Shown here: piece after piece, positions 21,057 to 30,863 of the stretch
How the letters are laid out: every line of letters begins with the position of its first letter
Numbering within the stretch: the stretch's first letter is position 1
NCBI GenBank assembly: GCA_937139605.1
Contig: CAKZQG010000037.1
Span: 79,487-143,486, forward strand
Source: an uncultured bacterium
GTDB lineage: Bacteria > DRYD01
Reading direction: 5' to 3'
DNA length: 64,000 bases
Translations under genes and position numbers: made by a program
The notes under the pieces: model-generated
Database searches by the model: none
What the model was told of the DNA's origin: nothing
What the model saw: the letters and a program-made list of their open reading frames with translations, nothing else

Positions 21057-21455
21057 ATGTTAATAGAGATAAAAATTAATACGAAATTAAGAGAAGATTT
21101 ATTAGATATAACTAATTTAGTATTAGAAAAAATAGAGGGAACTGGTATTAAGAGTGGATTAGCTATTATTTTTGTTCCTCATACCACTGCTGCTATTCTT
21201 ATAAATGAGAATGCAGATCCTATGGTAAAAAAGGATATCTTGGAATATTATAAAAGGAATGTCCCTTTAGATTATAGTTATCATCATTTAGAGGGGAACT
21301 CTGATGCTCATATAAAATCGACTTTGATTGGGAATAGTTTAACTCTTATTATTGAAAATTCCAGGGTATTATTAGGTTCATGGCAGGGGATATTTTTTTG
21401 CGAGTTTGATGGGCCTAGAACTAGAAAAATTTATATAAAAATAATTCAGGGATAG
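21057..21455 (+). CDS. yjbQ: YjbQ/UPF0047 family protein
   Basis: PHTTA..INEN, HHLEGNSDAHIKS, LGSWQGIFFCEFDGPR. Confidence 0.92.
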   Translation: MLIEIKINTKLREDLLDITNLVLEKIEGTGIKSGLAIIFVPHTTAAILINENADPMVKKDILEYYKRNVPLDYSYHHLEGNSDAHIKSTLIGNSLTLIIENSRVLLGSWQGIFFCEFDGPRTRKIYIKIIQG

Positions 21456-21881
21456 GTGATTTCGGTGAAAGATAAAAAATTTAAAAGTAAATCTAAAGAA
21501 GCTTATTTTGCATGGTATGAACAAGGATTAAGGGATTTGGAAGTGGCTGATTTTTGTTATAATAATGAGTATTATGAGTGGGCATGCTTTTGTTATCAAG
21601 AAGCTACTGTTAAAATCCTTAAAGCCTTATTAAAAAAAAATAATTTGGAATCCTTTAGGCATTCTGCTTTTAGCTTACTTGAAGAATTATCTAAAAAATT
21701 ACCTATTGATAAAGAATTATTTAATTTAAGTATAGAATTAGATAAGCATTATATTATGTCAAGATATCCGGGAGCTAATATGCTACAACCTCCGTTTAAA
21801 GTATATAAAAAAGAAATGGCCCAAAACGCTAAAATTATTGCTAATAAAATTATAGATTTTGCTAAAAATCATTTAATATAA
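21456..21881 (+). CDS. HEPN domain protein
   Basis: W..Q..RDL..A......YEWACF..Q, LKA, H, LDKHYIMSRYP. Confidence 0.88.
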   Translation: MISVKDKKFKSKSKEAYFAWYEQGLRDLEVADFCYNNEYYEWACFCYQEATVKILKALLKKNNLESFRHSAFSLLEELSKKLPIDKELFNLSIELDKHYIMSRYPGANMLQPPFKVYKKEMAQNAKIIANKIIDFAKNHLI

Positions 21882-22043
21882 TTAAAATAAATCAATTGAG
21901 AATTCCAATTAGTGATAGTAAAGAGTAGCGAAAATATATGTAAGATAAAGTTGTATAAAAACTAATATTTGGCTATTGATTTTAATCGGTAGTTCTTTTG
22001 CTTTTTTGTTTATTTACCTGCTATTTGGGAAAGGAGTGAATTA

Positions 22044-23741
22044 ATAATTTTATTCTCTAGATACTCTAAATATTTAAATAGTTATCTTTTATTTAATTTA
22101 ATTTTTTGGGGTATAGTTTTTTTATTTTTAATAAAAGGGATTAACTTAATTTATTTTACTTATCCTGACGAAAGTAGGAATGCCTTTGCTTCTTATTATA
22201 TGATTCTAAAAAATAATTTATATAATTGGGTTGTACCATATTATAATGGAAGTATAAGGTATGATAAACCTGCTTTAATTTATTATTTAGCTAATATATT
22301 TTATTTGTTTTTAAGTAATTTTAATGTTAGTATTGAGGTTTGTTATAGATTGATTTCTGTTTTTTCTATGTTTTTTTCTGCTGTTATTGTTTTTAAGTTT
22401 GCTAAAATCTTATTTGAAAATATTTATTATAGGTATTTAAGTGTGGTTATATTTATATCGTTTGTTAATATTTTTATTGAATCTAAGGCGTTTGTACCTG
22501 AACCTTTATTCACTTTCTTTATTTTAGCTTCCTTTTATTCTTTTTTTAGGTTTTATAGTACTCAAAATTATTTTTATTTAAATTGGTTTTTAATTTTTTT
22601 AGGGTTAGCTAATTTTACTAAAGGGGTTGTTTCTTATATTATAATTTTAAGCCCTATTTTAATTTTTTTACTTTACAATAAATATAGTCTAAAAAAAATA
22701 TTTTACATTTTTTTTAATAGGAATGTTATTTTAGGTTGGATTTTTCATTTTATTTTGGGATATACTTGGTTTATTTTAGTTTATCTATTTACTAACGGAG
22801 AATTTATTAAGAATTTCTTTTTTGTTCATAACTTTGGTAGATTTACTGGAACTTCCAAAATGCATTTAACCCCTTTTTATTTTTATATTATTGTCATTTT
22901 TCTAAATATTATTCCCATTTGGGAGTTGGTTTCTTTGATTTCTGCTAATTTAAATAAAATAAAATTTAAAAATTATTTCCAAAACTTTTTATATGTTTAT
23001 TTGTTTTTTATTTTTATTTTTGTTTTGTTATTTTATAGTTTGTCTAAAGGGAAGGTACATCATTATATTATGCCTGTGTTTTTACCACTTGCTTTGTTTT
23101 TTACTTCTTTTATTAAAGAATTATTACAAAATGATTTTAAACTAAATTTAGGTATCTTTTTTGTTTTTTCTGTTTCATTTTCTATTATTTTTTTTATTTT
23201 GGATTTTAGTTTAAATAATATTAATTTCCTTAATAAGGACAAAGTTATTTTCAATTTAATTTCTCTTAATTTATTCTTTAGTTTTTTTATTATTTTTATT
23301 TTAAGTTTTTATTTTTTAAAAGCTTATAGGGTTTTTATATTATTTGCTTTTACTTTTATTAAAGTTATTTTGTTTTATTATTATCTTTTAAATGGTATAA
23401 ATTTAAAAGAATTAAGTAAAGAGTTTATGGAGATAGTTTATGTTAGTAAGAAAGATGAAGCTGAAATAGTTACTATAGGGGATATTGCTGCTGTTAGCTT
23501 TTATAACCTTTATTTAAATAAATCTGAAAAAACTATTTCTTTGGATATTTATAATTATCAAGATTATGATAAAATTTTGGATAATTTTAATAAAAATCAA
23601 TATATTGTTTTTTTAAAAGGAAAATACTTAAGGGATTTTGAAAAAGCTATTGGTAATAATTATCAAATAATAGAAATAAAAAAGGTATTTGTAGTTCAAA
23701 GTGAAATCTTAATGATAAGGATAATTAAATTAGCAAGATAG
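22044..23741 (+). CDS. ArnT/glycosyltransferase family 39 integral membrane protein (start upstream of track call, probably ATA/ATT)
   Basis: In-frame first TM and PDESRNA motif upstream of 22200; DKPAL, TKG, HNFGRF, KVHHYIMP. Confidence 0.8.
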   Translation: MILFSRYSKYLNSYLLFNLIFWGIVFLFLIKGINLIYFTYPDESRNAFASYYMILKNNLYNWVVPYYNGSIRYDKPALIYYLANIFYLFLSNFNVSIEVCYRLISVFSMFFSAVIVFKFAKILFENIYYRYLSVVIFISFVNIFIESKAFVPEPLFTFFILASFYSFFRFYSTQNYFYLNWFLIFLGLANFTKGVVSYIIILSPILIFLLYNKYSLKKIFYIFFNRNVILGWIFHFILGYTWFILVYLFTNGEFIKNFFFVHNFGRFTGTSKMHLTPFYFYIIVIFLNIIPIWELVSLISANLNKIKFKNYFQNFLYVYLFFIFIFVLLFYSLSKGKVHHYIMPVFLPLALFFTSFIKELLQNDFKLNLGIFFVFSVSFSIIFFILDFSLNNINFLNKDKVIFNLISLNLFFSFFIIFILSFYFLKAYRVFILFAFTFIKVILFYYYLLNGINLKELSKEFMEIVYVSKKDEAEIVTIGDIAAVSFYNLYLNKSEKTISLDIYNYQDYDKILDNFNKNQYIVFLKGKYLRDFEKAIGNNYQIIEIKKVFVVQSEILMIRIIKLAR

Positions 23742-23744
23742 TTT

Positions 23745-24545
23745 ATGAGATTATTTGTGATTTTATTTAGTGCAGGATATTCTTCTAGATTTAGAAATTC
23801 CTATAAAAAAGATATTCCTAAACCTTTAATTCCTTTTTTTTATAAAAAATTAATAGATATTCATTTGTTTAATTTACTAAATCTAAAGAGTTTTAATATA
23901 AAATCAGTTAAAGTTTATATTAATTTACATTATAAAGCATTTGAAATATTTAAATATGTTAATGAAAATTATTCTGAGTATACAGAAAATGGAGTAATTA
24001 ATTTTTTATTTGAACCTAATTTATTAGGTCATATAAAAACTATTAATAAATTGAAATCTTATATTCTCCATAGTGATTTATTTTTAATGATAAATTGTGA
24101 TTCCTTAATTTTTGATTTTAAAAATTATTTTAATATTATGTTGTATGTTTTATTGAATTATCAAGTGGATAATATTATCTTAGTTTCTAATAAAAAAGTA
24201 GAACAAGATAAGAAAACTTATACTCATTTTGAATTTCAAGATTCTTTTAGTGTTAAGTTTAAAAATGTATCTATAAAAGTTTATAAAGTAAAAGACATAT
24301 ATAAAAATGAAATAGAAGTAAATAATTATCTTAATTTATATATAGGCTATTCATTATTTAAAATTACAAGAAATTTTAATAATATATTATTATCTCCTGG
24401 TTTTAAAGAATTGAATTTTATTGATTTTTTTAAAAAGGTTAATTTATATTCTATAAAAGTAAGTAATTTCTTTGAAGTAACAGAATTAAAAGATTATCTT
24501 AGTTTAATTAATTTTTATCTATTTTCTTATAAGTACTATTTTTAG
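23745..24545 (+). CDS. Sugar-phosphate nucleotidyltransferase family protein (divergent)
   Basis: SAGYSSRF..PKPLIP, INLHYKA, EP.LLG, INCD. Confidence 0.7.
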   Translation: MRLFVILFSAGYSSRFRNSYKKDIPKPLIPFFYKKLIDIHLFNLLNLKSFNIKSVKVYINLHYKAFEIFKYVNENYSEYTENGVINFLFEPNLLGHIKTINKLKSYILHSDLFLMINCDSLIFDFKNYFNIMLYVLLNYQVDNIILVSNKKVEQDKKTYTHFEFQDSFSVKFKNVSIKVYKVKDIYKNEIEVNNYLNLYIGYSLFKITRNFNNILLSPGFKELNFIDFFKKVNLYSIKVSNFFEVTELKDYLSLINFYLFSYKYYF

Positions 24546-24552
24546 TTTAAAA

Positions 24553-26652
24553 TTACAGGTTTGCTTTTGAAGTTGAGTATTTAATAAAGTGTGGTTTTAA
24601 GTCATTTATAATTTCATTTACCATTTGGTATCGTTTTTTGGGGTTTTTTTCTAACATTTTTCTTATTATTTTTTCTATATCTGGAGGTATATATGCAGTA
24701 TTTCCTTCAAGTATATGGCTATCTATGGGATTATCTAACATATGAGCTTTAAATACTGCATATATATTATCGCTTTCCCCAAAAGGGAGTTTCCCTGTTA
24801 ATAATTGAAATATTATTATTCCTAAGGAGTATATATCACTTCTTTGATCTACTTTTTGTCCTTTGATTTGTTCAGGGGACATATACCAGGGGGTTCCTAC
24901 GAAATCTTGAGTTATATTTAAAGTTTTGTTAATTATTTTGGATATCCCGAAATCTGTTATCTTTGCTACTGACTCTGATAAATCATTACTATTATTATTG
25001 TATTTTATAAGTATATTTTCTGGTTTTAGATCTCTATGTACTATCCCTTTTTGATGGGCATAATCTAAAGCTTCCAAAATTTGCATCCATATGTTTATTG
25101 TTTCATATATGTTTAATTTCTTTTTTTCTTTTAAGATTTTATCTAAACTTTTACCATCTATATACTCAAAAGCAATATATGGTGGATTATCATCTAAATT
25201 ATAATCTACTAATTTAACTATATTTGGATGAGAAAGCAATTTATTTATTTCTATTTCATTTTCTATTCTTTCTTTTACTATATCTTCACTTAGTAAGTGT
25301 TTATGTATCATTTTTAATGCTACTAAATTTTTAGTTTTTATATTTATTGCTTTATATACTACTGCTGTTGCTCCTGTCCCTAATTTTTCTAGTAAAACAT
25401 AGTCTGAAACTTTTGGATTATCTTCTGTTATTTCACTGTTAATTTTTATTTGAGAAACAGTGTTTAATTGTTCTGTTTTTAATATAGTGTCTTTTAGATT
25501 TCTAGGAGTTTGTGTTTTTATTACTTTATTATGCTGGGTTATATTAGGTTGTAATTTATTTAATAATTCTTTGATTTTATCTTTATAGTATAATGTAGCT
25601 AATGATATTAAACTTAAAAATACTAGTAAGCTTAAATATATAAATGGTAATATATGTTCTATATAAAAGTTTTTTTCTAGGATAATACTTTTTGTTAAAT
25701 TATTAAATTTTAAAGCATTTGGATTTATTTTAAAATTTACTTTTTCATTTTTGTAACCTTTTGATAATATAGATAATTGGAAATTATTTGGAATTAAAGT
25801 ATCATTATTATTTCCATTATATTCTGATAAGTCATCTAATTTTATAGTTTTTATTGGGGGATTTTTTATTAAATTATAGAATAGCTTATTATTTTCTTTT
25901 TTTATTAATTTTGTTAAGTCTATTGAATTTACTATAAAGTTATAGTTTATATCGTTTATTTTATTTGAATTTAGATCACTAATATTAAATATTATATTAA
26001 ATTCTTTAGGAACTAAAGCTAATTTTAATTCAGTATCTTTATTTAAATTTCCTTCTATTATTAATGTTTGGTAATTTTTATTAAGAGGTGTTATTGTTAT
26101 TTTTAGAGTATCCTTTTCTAATTTTAATTTTATATTTGAGGTGTTAATTGTTTTATTATTATTTTCTTTTTGGCCTTTTATTTCTATTGTGGAGTATATT
26201 GGATTTTTATTTATATCAAAGATATCTAAAGTAAGATTATAATATTCTTTATTAGTAATTATTGTAGGTTGAGTATATTGTTGATTTAAATAAAATGTTT
26301 TTTGTTGATTTAGATCATTTTGATTTGATTGTTGGGGATTTGTTTCTTTGATGCTATCTATCTGTTCTTGATTATTGTTTGTAATATTTTCTTCATTTTT
26401 TAATTGATTTTCTACATATTTTTTTATTTTTTGTTTTATTCTTTGTTTTATATTCTTTTTATTGTTATTTACATTATTTGTTTCTTTTAAATTATCATTG
26501 TTTAATTGATATTCTTCAGGAATATAGGTTATTGAAGCTGAGTAAGTTGTAGCTTTTAGAAATGATATATTTAAGATAAATGATAATAAAATTATTATGA
26601 AAATATAAATTATTATATATTTTTTTTTATTTTTGATAATAAAGTTTTTCAT
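24553..26652 (-). CDS. Hanks-type Ser/Thr protein kinase with N-terminal extracytoplasmic region
   Basis: LGTGATAVVY, VALK, HRDLKPEN, DFG, GTPWYMSPE, SDIYSLG; signal-like N-terminus plus internal TM. Confidence 0.93.
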   Translation of the reverse strand: MKNFIIKNKKKYIIIYIFIIILLSFILNISFLKATTYSASITYIPEEYQLNNDNLKETNNVNNNKKNIKQRIKQKIKKYVENQLKNEENITNNNQEQIDSIKETNPQQSNQNDLNQQKTFYLNQQYTQPTIITNKEYYNLTLDIFDINKNPIYSTIEIKGQKENNNKTINTSNIKLKLEKDTLKITITPLNKNYQTLIIEGNLNKDTELKLALVPKEFNIIFNISDLNSNKINDINYNFIVNSIDLTKLIKKENNKLFYNLIKNPPIKTIKLDDLSEYNGNNNDTLIPNNFQLSILSKGYKNEKVNFKINPNALKFNNLTKSIILEKNFYIEHILPFIYLSLLVFLSLISLATLYYKDKIKELLNKLQPNITQHNKVIKTQTPRNLKDTILKTEQLNTVSQIKINSEITEDNPKVSDYVLLEKLGTGATAVVYKAINIKTKNLVALKMIHKHLLSEDIVKERIENEIEINKLLSHPNIVKLVDYNLDDNPPYIAFEYIDGKSLDKILKEKKKLNIYETINIWMQILEALDYAHQKGIVHRDLKPENILIKYNNNSNDLSESVAKITDFGISKIINKTLNITQDFVGTPWYMSPEQIKGQKVDQRSDIYSLGIIIFQLLTGKLPFGESDNIYAVFKAHMLDNPIDSHILEGNTAYIPPDIEKIIRKMLEKNPKKRYQMVNEIINDLKPHFIKYSTSKANL

Positions 26653-26680
26653 TTTTCCTCCTTTTTGATTGTTTTATATT

Positions 26681-27589
26681 TTATTTAGAAGTGTATAGTT
26701 CAGCTAATAGAGAAAATAAGTCAGCTATTTTTTCTATGATTTTATTAATAGTTTCTTGGTCTGCTCCGTTTTTTATTGCATCATATAATTCTTTTTCTGC
26801 TTCTTTTAACAATTTCCTAGCTCTACTGATGTTTTCATAATATGGTTTTTCATTTATATCTGATATCCCTCTTGATTTTAATTCATTTTTTAGTTCTTCT
26901 CTTATATCGGTATAATCTTTTTTCTTTTTTTTCTTTAATTTATTCATAGCTGTTGCCATCATCCCTGCTGCTATTGAAGAAAATTGGTTTTCTTCCGCTT
27001 CTCCCTTAGGAACATCTTTTAATCTATTATCATTAAAATCTTCCACCATTTTTTTGGCATCTTTTACTAATTTTACCAATTGTAATTTAACGAAAATTTC
27101 TGCGTTTTGGGGATTCATTATTAATTGAGTATTTAATATTTTTTCTAAGTTTTCTATGGCTTTATTATCCGCATTTAGCCATGTCATCACAAACCGTTGG
27201 GTAGTATTCTCATCAGCTTTTAATTTATTCATTAATCCGAAATTAGAGTTAGGATTTAACATTGAAGAGAGCCAATCTTTTAAAACTCCTTTTAATGATT
27301 GTAATTCTTGCTTATAAAGGGGAACATTTTCTTTTTGCTGAGTTTGAGTTTTATTTCTTAATAAATTAAGGTTTGATAGTTGAGATTTTCTTATTTGATC
27401 TTGTTTTAGTTGTTGCTCTTGTTGTTGGGCTTTAAGGTTTTCTTTTTCTAATTGCTCTTTTTTTTCTGCTTGCTGAGAAATTGTATCTTTAATTGTATTT
27501 TGGTTTTCGCTTTTTTTAGCAGTATCTTGAGTTTTTCCTGTAAATGAAGCTTGGGTTGTTTTTATTCTATTTATATTTGTACTATCCAT
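26681..27589 (-). CDS. Hypothetical Q/K-rich helical protein
   Basis: 302-aa ORF with GGGGTGA RBS; low-complexity N-terminus, no signal peptide. Confidence 0.7.
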   Translation of the reverse strand: MDSTNINRIKTTQASFTGKTQDTAKKSENQNTIKDTISQQAEKKEQLEKENLKAQQQEQQLKQDQIRKSQLSNLNLLRNKTQTQQKENVPLYKQELQSLKGVLKDWLSSMLNPNSNFGLMNKLKADENTTQRFVMTWLNADNKAIENLEKILNTQLIMNPQNAEIFVKLQLVKLVKDAKKMVEDFNDNRLKDVPKGEAEENQFSSIAAGMMATAMNKLKKKKKKDYTDIREELKNELKSRGISDINEKPYYENISRARKLLKEAEKELYDAIKNGADQETINKIIEKIADLFSLLAELYTSK

Positions 27590-27784
27590 AAATTAAATTC
27601 ACCCCTATATATTATTATATTTTTTATATTAAATTCCTAATAAAATGTTAATTTTTATTTAAAATTTTGTTAATTTTTAATTGATTTTTTTGTATTCATT
27701 TTTAGAAAGGACTGTTTAAGAATAAGAAGAATATTTTTAAAAAAAAAACATGTTTAAAAATTATAATTAATGGAGTGTTAAATT

Positions 27785-29305
27785 ATGACTCAAAATTTTT
27801 ATTCTAATGCTATAATATTATTAGTTTTACTTTATTTAATTTTACCATTAGTTTTATATTTTTTAAAAGAAAAGTATGTTAGATGTTATTCAATAATAAT
27901 AGGTTCTTTGCTTGGGGCCTTTTCTATGTTTTTAGCTTTTTCTTTTTATTATAATCCTGATATAAATTTATTTACATTTAATTTAAATTTATTTGGTTTA
28001 GATTATAAGTTTAGGATAGATAATTTTAATTATTCTTTGATATTTTTAAATGGGTTAATAACTTTTGCTGTACCTTTAGCTACTCATATTAAAGAAAAAC
28101 AAAAAGATTTTTATGTTTTAACATTTTTAGTACTTTTAGGTACTACTGGATTATTTTTAACTCAAAATATGATATTATTTATATTATTTTATGAATTAGC
28201 TAGTGTTCCAATGTATTTTTTAATAGCTAATTGGGGGAGTTTAGGAGTTACTCCTTTTAGGAAAGTTGAACCTAAATATGCTGCTATGAAGTTATTTTTA
28301 TACCTTCAATTAGGGGGAGTATTAATAATGCTTGGTTTCTTTATATTACATTCTATGCTATTTCCTACAGATATTTTTACAGGTTGGAATTTTAGTGATT
28401 ATGAAAGTATATTAAAATCAAAGGGATATCTAGTAGATACTAATTTATCAAAGGTTTTATTTATTTTATTTTTTATAGCGTTTGGGATAGAGGCTGCTTT
28501 AGTACCGTTTCATACTTGGTTACCTGATGGGCACTCTGCTGCTCCTAGCTCTATAAGTATGATTTTAGCTGGAATATTGTTAAAAATGGGGACTTATGGG
28601 ATCCTGAGAATTCCTTTTGTATTTTTTAATGAAGCTTTGAATACTTTAGGGTTGGTTTTTATATTTTGGGGATTGGTTAATATGTTTTGGGGAGCTTTTA
28701 ATGCATATAGACAAATAGATTTTAAATATTTAATAGCGTATTCTAGTATAAGTCATATGGGAGTAATTTTTATGGGGATTGGTGCTAATAATGATTTAGG
28801 GGTTAGTGCAGCTATATTTCAGATGGTTTCTCACGGGTTGATATCTGCAACTATGTTTTCTATTGCTGGTTCATTTCAATATAGAACTGATACTAGGATA
28901 TTGGATAATTATGGTGGTCTTTTAAGGGTTATGCCTTTTATTGGAGCTATTTTAGTTTTTGCTTCTATGGCTAATTTAGGGTTACCTGGGTTAAGTGGAT
29001 TTGTTGCTGAACTAATTGGGATTTCTGCTTCTTTAAAAGCTATCTCTTCTCTTAATTTAAAATTAGTTTTTATTATTTTTGCTTTAGCTGCTATTTTTAT
29101 TACTACTGTTTATGTTATTAATCTACTTGAAAAGGTTCTGTATAGAAAAATAAATCCTAATTATTATGAAATAAAAGATGCTTATTGGGATGAAAAATTA
29201 CATCTAACTATTTTAGCTTTATTTATTTTAATTTTAGGAGTATATCCACGCTTAATTACTGATTTATCTAATTTAACTAAAATAAAAGAAATAATAGGAT
29301 TATGA
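27785..29305 (+). CDS. nuoM: NADH-quinone oxidoreductase subunit M
   Basis: FYEL..VPMYFLI..WG, PFHTWLPDGH..AP, LLKMGTYG, AYSSISHMG, ANLGLPGLSGFVAE. Confidence 0.93.
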   Translation: MTQNFYSNAIILLVLLYLILPLVLYFLKEKYVRCYSIIIGSLLGAFSMFLAFSFYYNPDINLFTFNLNLFGLDYKFRIDNFNYSLIFLNGLITFAVPLATHIKEKQKDFYVLTFLVLLGTTGLFLTQNMILFILFYELASVPMYFLIANWGSLGVTPFRKVEPKYAAMKLFLYLQLGGVLIMLGFFILHSMLFPTDIFTGWNFSDYESILKSKGYLVDTNLSKVLFILFFIAFGIEAALVPFHTWLPDGHSAAPSSISMILAGILLKMGTYGILRIPFVFFNEALNTLGLVFIFWGLVNMFWGAFNAYRQIDFKYLIAYSSISHMGVIFMGIGANNDLGVSAAIFQMVSHGLISATMFSIAGSFQYRTDTRILDNYGGLLRVMPFIGAILVFASMANLGLPGLSGFVAELIGISASLKAISSLNLKLVFIIFALAAIFITTVYVINLLEKVLYRKINPNYYEIKDAYWDEKLHLTILALFILILGVYPRLITDLSNLTKIKEIIGL

Positions 29306-29340
29306 AACTAAAATTGTAGGAATAAAATTATAAGAAGGGG

Positions 29341-30855
29341 TTGTTTTTTATGGAAATATTATTTAAATTATTCCCTGAAATTATATTAACTATATCAATT
29401 ATTTTTAATATTTTAATAGTTTCAATTTCCAAGAAAACAAAGGAATTAAAGAATTCTTTTTTGTTAGTTTTTGTGTTTTCTATAGTATTTACCATTGCAG
29501 CTTTATTTTTACAATTATATTTTATTATTAATCAAGGGGATGTTGGTAGTTTATCATTAATTATAAATAATATTGTTATTTATGATATAGGGAGTTTTGA
29601 AGTAATTAGTAAAATAATGTTATCTATAATAGCTATTATTTTGACTTCTATTAGTTCTATTTATTTTAATTTAAATAAAGAAGAATATGAGCATAGGTAT
29701 TTTAAGTTAGAATATTTACCGTTGTTTTTAACTGTGTTATTAGGATCTTTTGTTTTGGTTAGTGCTTCTGATTTACTAACTTTTTTAATTGGTTTTGAAT
29801 TGGTTGCTGTTCCTTCTTATTTTGTTATAGCTTTAGACAATAAAAATAAAATCGCTTTAGAAGGTAGTATTAAATATTTTTTAATTGGTTCTATTTCTAC
29901 TATTAGTATCATTTTTGGAATTTTAATATTTTATATTTTTAATGAAGGTTTTTTATATCATGTTAATTTTTCTAATTTAAATTTAGTTTCATTAAAGTTA
30001 GCGTTTTTGTTTATTTTGATTGGTATTATATTGAAGTTAGGGGTATTTCCATTTTCTTTTTGGATTCAGGATGCTTATTATGCTTCAAGAACTCCATATT
30101 TGCTTCTTATTTCTACTTTACCTAAGTATTCTGTTACTTTAGCTTTAGTTAAGATTTTATCTTATATACAGGATGGGTATTTTAAAGTTTTAATAAGTGT
30201 TTTAGCGGTTTTATCTATGGTAATCTCTGTATTTTGGGCTTTAAATGAAAACGATATTAAAAAAATTATTGCTTATTCTACCATATTTAATATGGGGTTT
30301 GTTTTGATTCCATTTACTGGATTTTCTTTTAATATCCAAGATAAAATTTATATTTTATCTTTAGTTAATTTTTATGTTTTTCAGTATGTTTTATCAGCTA
30401 TTTTGATCTTGGGAGTTTTATTATATTTAGAAGAGAAATATGATACTACTGATATTATAAAATTAAGGGGGGCTTTAAATAATAATAAAGTTTTAGCATT
30501 TTTGTTGGTTTTAGGACTGCTTTCCACTGCAGGCTTGCCTCCTACTATAGGATTTATTGCTAAATTTTTAGTTTTAGCTTTTTCTTATAAATTTAATCCT
30601 ATTTTAGTTTTAATTGCTATTATATTTTCTGTTGCTTCACTATATTATTATTATAGAATAGCAAAGGAATTATATGTTGAAAAATCTTTTAACTTTAATA
30701 ATGATTTATCTTCTTTAGATTTTTCTTTAGGTAGTTCTTTTTTATATTATGCTTCGCTTTTTAGTGTATCTATTTTATTGATAATTTTAGGATTTATTCC
30801 TTATTTCATTACTAATACATTTTATTTAATTTCTATTACTCTTACTAACTTTTAA
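29341..30855 (+). CDS. nuoN: NADH-quinone oxidoreductase subunit N
   Basis: EGSIKYF, KLGVFPF.FW..DAY, IKKIIAYSTI, AGLPPTIGFIAK, YYY; follows nuoM. Confidence 0.92.
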   Translation: MFFMEILFKLFPEIILTISIIFNILIVSISKKTKELKNSFLLVFVFSIVFTIAALFLQLYFIINQGDVGSLSLIINNIVIYDIGSFEVISKIMLSIIAIILTSISSIYFNLNKEEYEHRYFKLEYLPLFLTVLLGSFVLVSASDLLTFLIGFELVAVPSYFVIALDNKNKIALEGSIKYFLIGSISTISIIFGILIFYIFNEGFLYHVNFSNLNLVSLKLAFLFILIGIILKLGVFPFSFWIQDAYYASRTPYLLLISTLPKYSVTLALVKILSYIQDGYFKVLISVLAVLSMVISVFWALNENDIKKIIAYSTIFNMGFVLIPFTGFSFNIQDKIYILSLVNFYVFQYVLSAILILGVLLYLEEKYDTTDIIKLRGALNNNKVLAFLLVLGLLSTAGLPPTIGFIAKFLVLAFSYKFNPILVLIAIIFSVASLYYYYRIAKELYVEKSFNFNNDLSSLDFSLGSSFLYYASLFSVSILLIILGFIPYFITNTFYLISITLTNF

Positions 30856-30863
30856 GTTTATTA

